DNA of 32,000 bases from Candidatus Saccharimonadota bacterium (GCA_965229705.1 OZ245922.1:30001-62000); one strand, 5' to 3'. Positions 11,425 through 19,998 are shown, numbered from the stretch's first letter. Notes: generated by a model not told the origin, from the letters alone. A program made the numbers and translations.

Positions 11425-12084
11425 ATGGAAGATAATAACTTTAAAAAATTTTTAGAAAAAGAAAGAATCAAAGATATTTATGGTATTTGTGATTGATTTT
11501 CTATGGATGAGGAAAATGGTAAGATTGTAACTATTTATGATTTGTATTGGAATAAACAGTCGGTGTGACTAAATTATTTTATGAATAGTACTATAACTCA
11601 AGAGGAATGGGAGAAAATAAAAGATAATAGAGAACAACAACTAGACCTTACCCTAGACTATCTCTATCCTTTACTCAGAGATGGGAAATTGAAAATAAAA
11701 ATATTATATCATGAATTAGAAAAAGATTGAGAAAATTTAAAAGAATATAAATTAGTAAAATCAAAAGAATATACACAAGAAGAATCAAAGCAAGCTATAG
11801 AGGATATAAAGAGAGAATGGCTTTCTTTTGATGATACTAGAGAGAGAGAGTTTTGAAATGCTGTGAGTATTATTTACTTTATACGAAAATGACTGGGATT
11901 GTTAAAAAAACGAAACTGAAAGCAATGAATAACCTTGAGAGATTTTCATAGTAGTGATACACAAGTGAGAGATGCTGGGTTTAAGCATGAAGTTACTATG
12001 GATTTGTTGAAGTGGAAAGATTGAAAACTACAAAAATTAAGATGAGAAGGGAGTGAGATAAAGTTTTTACTTCCTAATCAATAG
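11425..12084 (+). CDS. immunity-like protein 2, fused in frame to orphan toxin-tip 3 through a 2-nt shorter AG tract (219 aa as it stands)
   Basis: I verified a continuous frame from the ATG at 11425 to the TAG at 12082-12084: MEDNNFKKFLEKERIKDIYGICDGFSMDEENGKIVTIYDLYWNKQSVGLNYFMNSTITQEEWEKIKDNREQQLDLTLDYLYPLLRDGKLK...DDTRERE-FGNAVSIIYFIRKGLGLLKKRNGKQGITLRDFHSS...KFLLPNQ*. With (AG)7 it would end ...ESFEMLGVLFTLYENDWDC* like ORF 1. Confidence 0.6.
11839..11850 (+). repeat. (AG)6 dinucleotide tract inside immunity-like ORF 2
   Basis: The sequence act-agagagagagag-tttt was read directly. It is one AG unit shorter than 11178-11191 in otherwise identical flanks. Confidence 0.9.
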
Positions 12085-12088
12085 AATT

Positions 12089-12601
12089 ATGAAAAAAATA
12101 AAAGACATAAAAGATATATATTGAATAACAGAGTGATTTACAGATAAAGAATGAATAGAATATTTTTTATATGATTTATATGAAAATAAATATTCAAAAT
12201 GATTAAATGAATTTTGGTTGTGTAATATGCCGAAAGGAACATATAATAGAATATCAGAAGAACAACAACTAGACATTACCCTAGACTATCTCTATCCTTT
12301 ACTCAGAGATGGGAAATTGAAAGTGAAAACTAAAAAACTTTTAAAAACTAAGAAAGATTTAAGAAAAGAATTACAGAACCCTCTTAATGATTGGTGGAGG
12401 CAATACTTTGAAAATTCCTTACAGGACTCTAATTGGGATTGAGCTTGGATTTATGATACAGAGTATACTAAAAAAGAGTCTCAAAAAGCAATAGAAGATA
12501 TTAAGAAAAAATGGCTTTCTATTAAAGATACTAGAGATAGGGAGAGTTTTGAGATGTCTTGAGTATTATTTACTTTATACGAAAATGACTGGGATCGTTA
12601 A
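12089..12601 (+). CDS. immunity-like small protein 3 (170 aa)
   Basis: The ATG lies 4 nt after the TAG at 12082-12084. The N-terminal half is identical to ORF 1 (offset 1289). The C-terminal half is a diverged paralogue: ...KVKTKKLLKTKKDLRKELQNPLNDWWRQYFENSLQDSNWDGAWIYDTEYTKKESQKAIEDIKKKWLSIKDTRDRESFEMSGVLFTLYENDWDR*. TAA at 12599-12601. Confidence 0.7.
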
Positions 12602-12714
12602 AAAAACGAGATTGAAAAGAATGAATAACCTTGAGAGATTTTCATAGTAGTGATACACAAGTGAGAGATGCTGGTTTTAAGCATGAAGTGGTGCATGAGC
12701 GAGAGAATTATTAA
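12602..12714 (+). other. orphan toxin-tip cassette 4 (short tail, no start codon, no following immunity ORF)
   Basis: Encodes ...KKRDGKEGITLRDFHSSDTQVRDAGFKHEV-VHERENY*, with TAA at 12712-12714. Homology to the other copies ends right after catgaagt. Confidence 0.5.
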
Positions 12715-12749
12715 ATACATCTCTTGAGAAATTATCAAAAGAGCTATGA

Positions 12750-13994
12750 ATGAAGATTGAAGACAACACCTGAGAAGTAACCATCAGAGGAAAAGAAGTA
12801 TGAAAACACTATCCAATTATACAAGACACATACAAACAAACACAAACCCTCAAGGTAGCAATAACAGATGTCACACTGAAACTCTCGAGCTATATACCGA
12901 AACTCAAAACAAATGAGGTATGATACATAGATATATTAGAGAGTTATGGAGTACCGAGAGTGTATATTCAAGAGAGTGATAAGAATAAAATAACAGGAGT
13001 TATTACAAGAGATAAAGAGACTCAAGATTTAAAACTTTGAGTGTATGTAAGGATGGCTGGAAGCTATACTCTCAAACTGGTAGATGATGAGGGGAATACA
13101 AGAGTATTGCAGGTAGAGGTGGAAGGGAGAGATGTGAGTGAGGAAAAGGAGGGAGAGCAGCAGGGGGAAGGAATTGATGAGAGTGAAAGTGATAAAGGAG
13201 AAAAATTAAGCTATGATATTGAATCAATATTTATAGAACTCTTTCAGGCAGCGTGACTAGAGTATGATCACATCGAGATTAACCATGGGGATCATGAAAA
13301 ACAAGAGAAAATAATGCTCAAAAAAGTGCATAACATGATACAAGCAAAGAGATGAAAAATTGCAGAGCTCAATTCTCTCAAATCAGCAGCAGAAATATTA
13401 AAATCAAAGTATATTGATAGAGATATCTCTGAAGACCATAAAGAACTCGTTCTGTGAATACTCGACTACATTTCTATTAAATGTACCTTAGCAATAAAAG
13501 ACCAATGAGTTTCAGATGGAGTGTCACAAGCAATAGAAGATTACATATATGACATAACAGAAACACTTGATCCCAGAGAATTTCCAGAACTTTTAAAGTG
13601 AATAACATTTTTAATACAACAGGTTTTAGAGTGAAATATACCTGATCAGATAGAAGATATATCAGAATGATATAAGGAGTTATACGAAATATTTACGAAT
13701 TTGAACGAGATACTTGATTGATTGAGTGACTACAAGAAGAGTTATTACTGATCATATATAGAAACAATAGTTGCAATGGAACTTATTCCATTTAAAGTAT
13801 GAAAGTTAAGCAAGTTGAAGAAGCAGTGAGCTTGAGATAGTAAGACTTTGAAGGAGATAAGGAATCGATCAGACCTTCTAAAAGTAGCTAAAAATAGTAT
13901 ACAAAAGTATGAACTTAAAGAAGTAAAAGAATTTGGTATAGTTCTGAAAAAGTGTGTAAAAATAGATATGAGGTATGTATGTAAATTATTGTAA
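12750..13994 (+). CDS. orphan paralogue of the giant protein C-terminus (last beta module, acidic linker, different helical pre-toxin region), 3' end replaced by the IS element
   Basis: Frame mod 0 checked codon by codon. MKIEDNTGEVTIRGKEVGKHYPIIQDTYKQTQTLKVAITDVTLKLSSYIPKLKTNEVGYIDILESYGVPRVY...VDDEGNTRVLQVEVEGRDVSEEKEGE... parallels residues encoded at about 9100-9500. ...IVAMELIPFKVGKLSKLKKQG... parallels ...LMFVGPGKLKGAKSS.... The last 17-19 codons (IVLKKCVKIDMRYVCKLL*) lie inside the IS inverted repeat. Confidence 0.65.
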
Positions 13995-15235
13995 TAAAAA
14001 TTTACAGAACAGGAATTCTTTTTTCTCAAAAGAAAGCTACGAGTTCCATTCTTAATGAATGAAAATCACGTACTTTTTTGAGAGATTTTTGTTTATTCTG
14101 TACTGCAAGAAATATAGATATTTCAGCAGATCTCTGAGTAAAGTATACTCTTCTTTTTCAAATATTAGATTTAATAAGTCCATTAAAATTCTCAATCACA
14201 TTCGTAGAATATATAAGCTTTCTGAGAGGATAAGAATATTTAAAATACCCTCCCCATACATCAATATTATAAAACCATTCCTGAAGCAAGATACTATATT
14301 TTTCCCATTTCTGCTTCATAGCCTCTAAAAACTTGAGAGCCTCCTCTTGAGAAACAGCGTTATACACTTTCTTAAACTCCATAAAAAATTCTGTTTTATC
14401 TTTGTATGAAATGGACTGGAGAAGGTTTCTGACTCTGTGCACGATACAGGGCTGAACTTGAGTGTTCGGAAAACAAGATTGTATTGCTTCTTGAAATCCG
14501 GCCAGTCCATCAACACAAGCTATGAGAATATCATCTACGCCTCGATTTTTTATACTATTTATAATTTCTTGCCATACAGCTGATGATTCTGGTTTTTGCA
14601 TCACCACAAAGTCTAAAATATCTTTTTCTCCGTATATATTTACTCAGATGATGAAATATACTGGCACACTTTTAATACAGCTTCTGCCACTATGACTCTC
14701 AACCTTCATCTTTATATAGGTAGCATCCAGATATACTATTGTGTAAAAATTAAGTAAGGTTCTTGACTTGAAACCCAGAAGTTCATCATATACGCTGATA
14801 TTTTTGAGAGCAAATCATTAGAAAATCCAAAACCATATACTTCTGTAAAATACTGTCTTATATCTTCAAAAGTATTTCATAATCGCATCAGACCAAGTAT
14901 CTGACTCCAAATGGTATCGAATATTTGTTCGAGTGTTTTTGCTTTTATTTCAGAAAAAAACACTGTGCCTTCTTCTTTTTTTCAACGGGTACGAGGTATT
15001 TCTAAATCCATACGACCAAAGTAGGTTTTAGGGCGTATCTTACGAGTTCCGTTCTTATACACATCTACTCGTGATACAAAATCCTCAAATTCTTCGTATA
15101 TAGCACTCTCTATTGTGCTTTTTAATCTTTGCAATATAGTTTCCATATCCTAAGGGATTAAAAAAATAAGGTACATATTTGCATACATACCTTATTTTTT
15201 TATCTCTTATTTTACACACTTTTTTGAAACAGTGC
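13936..15235 (-). mobile_element. IS256-family insertion sequence (about 1.3 kb)
   Basis: Terminal inverted repeats: 13936-13961 gtatagttctgaaaaagtgtgtaaaa against the reverse complement of 15210-15235 gcactgtttcaaaaaagtgtgtaaaa (20/26 match, inner 15 bp perfect). Subterminal aggtatgtatgYaaat is also shared. It encloses a mutator-type transposase. No direct target duplication is visible. Confidence 0.8.
14002..15146 (-). pseudogene. IS256-family (mutator-type) transposase, interrupted by a -1 frameshift
   Basis: N-terminal frame: METILQRLKSTIESAIYEEFEDFVSRVDVYKNGTRKIRPKTYFGRMDLEIPRTRGKKEEGTVF...GFSNDLLSK. C-terminal frame: NISVYDELLGFKSRTLLNFYTIVYLDATYIKMK...ILIACVDGLAGFQEAIQSCFPNTQVQPCIVHRVRN...STNVIENFNGLIKSNIGKRR...VL*. 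The length 1145 nt is not a multiple of 3. The frames must switch between 14739 and 14817, most simply at the A5 run (14801-14805). Confidence 0.8.
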
Positions 15236-16216
15236 CATTTTCTCTACTTGTTCTCTCACATTCTCATGATGCTTTTTATTTGAATACATATCTAAATACT
15301 CACTAACATTCACGCCTAATACCCCAGAGTATACTCTGGTATTTTTACCATCCTGAGATCTGTGAGCTTTTATTATTGGTTCTACTGGTACATAATCAAA
15401 ACCTTCTTTTTTCCAAGTATCTGTTGCTTTGTATGCATCCATCCAACTGATAAATGCACTGTTGGGAATTATTCTTAATATAACATTGTTTATGAAGTTT
15501 TTTCCTAAAAGGATTGTTTTTGTTCCTGTTTTAGGAAATTTTTTTCTGATAAATACATCCTCTCATTCATCTATACCTTTGTATAAAACAGGATTTCTTT
15601 CTTCAGCCTGTGACAATTGCTCTTTTTCAACTACTTCCACTACTTGCATAACTTCATTTTCAATCTCTTCCCGAACTTCTTCTGGCAAGTATTGAAGATT
15701 CCAGGCGATATTTGTCGCTGCTTCTTTCGGAGCTTTCTCTAGTAACAAGCGAGCGATTTTTATTTGGACTTCTTTTGGCAAGTATGGAAGATTTGAGGCG
15801 ATATTTGGCGCTGCTTCTATTGGAGCTTTTTCCAGTAACAAGTGAGCGATTTCTTTCCGGACTCCTTCTGGCAAGTATCTAAGATTTGAGGCGATATTTG
15901 GCGCTGCTTCTATTGGAGCTTTTTCCAGTAACAAGTGAGCGATTTTTATTTGGACTCTTTTTGGCAAGTATTGAAGATTCCAGGCGATATTTGTCGCTGC
16001 TTCTTTTGAATATCCATCCAAGATTTCTTGAGCTTTTTGATAATGATCACTAGGGACACGTAATAAGTCATCTATCTTTGATTGTATTTCAATTCTTATA
16101 GCATCGAAACTATATTGATCCCTTAATTGCTGTGCTCTTTTTTGAAGTACTTTATAGGTTAATTTTGGCTTATGTGGTAAGTCAAACATCTCGGGATATA
16201 CTACAGTTGTATGCAT
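15212..16216 (-). CDS. repeat protein: 4 x 31-aa HEAT-like repeats plus a kinase-N-lobe-like C-terminal region, 3' end truncated by the IS
   Basis: Track ORFs 15563-16216 and 15212-15442 join in frame through TGA=Gly. Repeats follow EAAxNIAxNLxYLPxxVxxxIAxLLLEKAPx. Then comes ...FPKTGTKTILLGKNFINNVILRIIP...EGFDYVPVEPII...RVYSGVLGVNVSEYL.... The last 8 codons (ALFQKSV*) lie inside the IS inverted repeat. Confidence 0.7.
15655..16005 (-). repeat. tandem 93-bp DNA repeats (about 3.7 copies) encoding the 31-aa repeats
   Basis: Near-identical units such as ggcgatatttggcgctgcttctattggagctttttccagtaacaagtgagcgattt recur at a 93-bp period. Confidence 0.85.
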
Positions 16217-16315
16217 ATTCTTTATTTATGAATCTTTTCAAATATATTACAATTGTAAAATAAAATTTTTTTTCTGTCAAAAAATGTAAAAAAACATTTT
16301 TAGAATCATATAACG

Positions 16316-16639
16316 ATGTATAAGGGTTATGAACAACGGAGGTTCATATCAGGTATGAAAGATATAAATGAGGTATCTCTTATAATGGATAAGAGAATTG
16401 GAAAAGATACTTTTCGAGTTATAGGTGATGTTATCAAAAAATTATCACATATGAATGGAAGTGAGATTAGTGAATATTCACATGGAGATACTCCATATCT
16501 TGCTACAAAAAATATAGGAGATATATTGAAAAGCGTCTTGTTTTTTTATAGAAGCCCTCAGTACGAATATGTAAAAGAAAATCATGATATTGAGAAAATA
16601 AAGAAAAATATGCCTCCTAAAAATTTTTTCAAAAACTAA
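16316..16639 (+). CDS. hypothetical protein (107 aa); C-terminal part resembles the end of a Panacea/DUF4065 (SocA-like) domain
   Basis: ATG with an in-frame TAG 5 codons upstream; TAA stop; no TGA. ...VIGDVIKKLSHMNGSEISEYSHGDTPYLATKNIGDIL... matches the pattern sG.eL...sH.e..PW by eye only. Confidence 0.45.
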   Translation: MYKGYEQRRFISGMKDINEVSLIMDKRIGKDTFRVIGDVIKKLSHMNGSEISEYSHGDTPYLATKNIGDILKSVLFFYRSPQYEYVKENHDIEKIKKNMPPKNFFKN

Positions 16640-16702
16640 AAGTTATATTTTATATTTTTTCAATATAATAGGAAAGGTTATTATAGTAATATCCTTTTTC
16701 TT

Positions 16703-18067
16703 ATGCCAAAAATCAGTTCTATAAATCCCTATTCAGGAGAAACGCACGCAACATTTGAAACACTCACAGATCAGCAGATACAGCAGAAGATTGAAAACGC
16801 TCAAAGCGCATTTTCTCACTGGAAAAATACATCTTTTACCGAGAGAAGAGATATGTTTCACTCTCTTGCAGATGTTATCGAAGAAGACTATGAAGAAACA
16901 GCAAAACTTCAAACACAAGAGATGTGAATGCTCTACAGTGCTTCATTACAAGGGATGAAGTGAACAATAACGCTCATCAGATGGTTTGCAGATAATGCTG
17001 AAACATACCTCGGTGCTCAAGACTATGAGCTCAATGGAACACAGGGAAAAATGCTCTATGATCCACTGGGAGTGATATTTGGAATTGGGCCATGGAATTT
17101 TCCCTACAACCAGATACTCAGGGCAGCGGTTCCAAATATTCTCGCAGGAAATACGCAACTCTATAAGCATGCATCAAATGTTCCTCTTTGTGCCCTACAG
17201 ATAGAAAAATGGTTTCTTCAGGCAGGTTTTCCAGAAGGGGTGTATCAGAATCTTTTTATGTCTTCTGCTCAGTCAGAGTTCGTTATTTCTCATAAATATG
17301 TAAAATGAGTGAACCTGACAGGAGGTGAGAGAGCATGATCAGTGATTGGGGCTCTTGCAGGAAAATATCTCAAACCGAGTGTCCTCGAGCTTGGAGGAAA
17401 TGATCCCTTTGTTGTTGCGAGCCACAAAGATACAAAAAAAATGGCAGTTGAAGCAGTGAAATGTCGAAACGCAAATGGAGGACAAAAATGTAACTCTTCA
17501 AAACGATTCATTGTCCCAGGAGTATACTATGATGAGTTTGTAGCAGAAATGACAGAAGTCATGAAGTCCCAAAAAATAGGGGATCCTATGCAGGCAGAAA
17601 CACAAATTCCACCAATGGCACGAACAGACCTTGTTCAGGAGATAGATGATCAGGTACAACAGACCCTTCAAGAATGAGCGCGCCTTATGTGTGGAGGAAA
17701 AATTCTCTGAGACAGATGAGAATACTATGCTCCAACAGTACTAGCTGATGTTACGCCAGAGATGACATCTTATAGGCAGGAAGTTTTTGGTCCAGTAGCA
17801 AGTATTGTGCGAGTAAAAGATATTGATGAGGCTATACATATTGCCAATGAAAGTGAGTATGGTCTTTCGGCTGCTGTGTATGGAGATGATGAGCAGGAGT
17901 GTCGACTGATAGCAGAAAGATTGGAGGGAGGAATGATATTTATCAACCAGTGAGCTGCCTCGAAACCACATCTCTCATTTTGATGAGTGAAAAAATCTGG
18001 TTACGGAAAAGAGAATGGCCCAGAGGGACTCAGAGCATTTACCAATAAGAAGATAATTATTTATTAG
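16703..18067 (+). CDS. NAD(P)-dependent aldehyde dehydrogenase (succinate-semialdehyde dehydrogenase-like), 454 aa
   Basis: Four track fragments (16703, 17051, 17342, 17762) share one frame. FGIGPWNFPYNQ, LELGGNDPFVV, the catalytic NGGQKCNSSKRF and EVFGPVASIV are all present. TAG stop at 18065-18067. Confidence 0.9.
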
Positions 18068-18073
18068 GAAGCT

Positions 18074-18781
18074 ATGAAAATACTTGAAGTACAAAAAATC
18101 AATAATACTCTCTCAGGAAAACACATACTTCATGATGTAAGTTTTTCGGTAAAACAGGGTGAAATATATGGATTTCTTGGTCCAAATGGTGCAGGAAAAA
18201 CTACCACAATGAAGTCTATCTTGTGATTTATACAACCACAATCAGGGAATATAAGGATATTTTGAGAAGATGGGATTTCTCTTGAAAGTAAAAAAAAGAT
18301 AGGATTTATGCCAGAAAATACCTATCTCTATAAGCATCTTACAGGAAGAGAGTTTCTCCATTTTAATGGAAGTTTTTTTGGGTTATCGGGCTATGAACTG
18401 GAAAAAAAAGTCTCAAAACTCCTCAAAAAAGTATGACTCCAACACGCATGAAATGAGTATCTCAAAAATTATTCAAAAGGAATGCTGCAAAGAGTCGGAC
18501 TTGCTCAGTCTCTTATCAATGATCCGGAACTTCTCTTTCTTGATGAACCGATGAGTGGACTTGACCCGATATGAAGAAAACAGGTACGAGATATCTTGAT
18601 GAATTTATGAAAAAAAGGAACAACCATATTTTTCAACTCTCATATCCTCTCAGATGTAGAGACTATGTGTGATACAGTAAGTATCATCAATCATGGTCGA
18701 ATAGTCGTACAAGACAAAAACGTTTCTAGTATTCATTGATGACTAGAAGATTTTTTTATGAGCTCAATACCAGCGTTATAA
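18074..18781 (+). CDS. ABC transporter ATP-binding protein (235 aa)
   Basis: Walker [11 protein letters not shown], signature [12 protein letters not shown], Walker [17 protein letters not shown] (TGA at 18572-18574 on the conserved Gly), and H-loop NSHIL. TAA at 18779-18781. Track ORF 18366-18554 is out of frame. Confidence 0.9.
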
Positions 18782-19584
18782 TCATATTTTTTCTTTTGCT
18801 ACCTGTTGAAGTATACTTGAGGATTTTTTGTGTGAGAGTAAGAGGTGTTGTCTGGTTTCTTCTATCAGCGCGTACATCATAGCTGAGAGTGATGAGATCT
18901 CTTGAAGAGAGCTTTTCCCTAAGGAGTGTAGATATTGAGAATAGTTCTTTTCTATGAAACAGGTACTTTCTGATAAGAAAAGATAGGCATGTTTTTCTGT
19001 CATCTTTCGGATAAATCAATGGAGAGTCTCATTGGGGAGTATCTCACATGATATATGAATATTCTTTGGACAGAGGTTTTTTCATAGTATGTCTTGAATC
19101 GAGATGGTCACTCATTGTTCTAAAATATCAAAAAAAGAGCACTGTTCTTTTTGGTATTTTGTGATATTTTCCTGAATATGAACTAAAGAGGCAGTATGTG
19201 TTTTTTGTATTTTTTCCAATAAATCTCGGGTTCCAATATGTACTGATCGAATACCCAGATATTCTCATCATTTCTTGATACATATATGGCAGGTGTCAGA
19301 CTCGAGAAAAAGAGATAACATATCCTTGTGTGAAAAGAGTTTTGGCAAAATATATTCTCTAGGAATAATCGCAAGAGTTTGTACTCACAAAATATATGAT
19401 ATTTCATCATAGAGCTTTTTGAGAGTTCATGGAATAGCACTATAGAAGATTTTTGTTTGTATATGATTTCCTGTTTTTCCGAGAGGAGAAGATGTTCTTT
19501 TTCCATCTATATCACAGTGCTCAATACGCGAAAAAATAGTGGTATTTTCTCATAGGGAAACACCTATATTTTTTTTTGTTTCAT
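18776..19584 (-). CDS. hypothetical protein, possibly actin-fold (ASKHA) ATPase-like; start unresolved (possible frameshift in an A9 tract)
   Basis: The minus frame is open (no TAA/TAG, about 12 TGA) from 19789 to the TAA at 18776-18778 but has no ATG/GTG/TTG in its first roughly 135 codons. ATG at 19584 (MKQKKI*) is one frame off. One extra A in the A9 run (19569-19577) would give MKQKKNIGVSLGENTTIFSRIEH.... Internal ...LFLESDTCHICIKKGGEYLGIRSVHIGTRDLLEKI... is reminiscent of PilM/FtsA-type phosphate-2 regions. Confidence 0.4.
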
Positions 19585-19998
19585 AAATGTTCCAAGCATG
19601 CTGAAGAACCTCTCGAAAAATATGATCATCAATGGGAGTATTATTTTTATGACTATAATGTACCTCAGAGAAAGTATTTTGTGTACTTCCCTCATAGCTT
19701 GAAAATACGCTATAGTCAGGTTGAGGAAGGCAGTGGGATAGATATTGAGCATGTATATCTAAGAAGATATTGAGGAGTTGCTGCTTTTTTTTACAGGTAT
19801 ATCAAGAAAATATATCACTATTTATCCGTTTTTCTTTATAAAAGAGTATATGACACTCAGAATTTTTGAGAGATATATAACATAGAGAAACTTTTCTCGA
19901 CTCTATATGTATCAGGCATAGAGTATGTGAGGGGATATATTTTTTTTGAAAATTCACAATATATGTGATTAGAGAGTTGAGAGTAATAGATGAAAGGA

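Larger units (their letters stand above)
10636..12714 (+). repeat. mosaic cassette array (toxin-tip fragments alternating with immunity-like ORFs)
   Basis: A near-identical block, atgaataacYttgagagattttcatagtagtgatacacaagtgagagatgctggKtttaagcatgaagt, occurs at 10636, 11266, 11925 and 12621. A second conserved block, gaacaacaactagacMttaccctagactatctctatcctttactcagagatgggaaattgaaa, occurs at 10971, 11632 and 12260. Segment 10636-11031 is duplicated at 11925-12320 (offset 1289). Confidence 0.85.

Noticed and set aside
10778-12276. Two identical 69-aa minus-strand ORFs in the track (10778-10987 and 12067-12276).
   Set aside because: They are antisense to the duplicated toxin-tail/immunity-N-terminus segment (offset 1289). 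Their identity only reflects the DNA duplication. The sequence is low-complexity and hydrophobic, and the + strand reading is coherent.
10636-12689. Four near-identical 69-bp-and-longer repeats at fairly regular spacing (630-696 bp), considered as a CRISPR-like or other non-coding array.
   Set aside because: The spacing is an order of magnitude too long for CRISPR. The repeats are in frame with protein-coding sequence identical to the 3' end of the giant ORF, and the intervening segments are ORFs.
19183-19506. A 107-aa minus-strand track ORF.
   Set aside because: It is bounded by TAG on both sides and overlaps, out of frame, the much longer open frame 18776-19789. It is probably spurious.
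19576-19987. A plus-strand ORF of about 137 aa under table 25 (TTG start, Tyr/Phe-rich), convergent on the TPR gene.
   Set aside because: It has an unusual composition (about 12 percent Tyr) and no recognisable motif. Its 5' end would overlap the likely start of the divergent minus-strand gene. It is not fully excluded.
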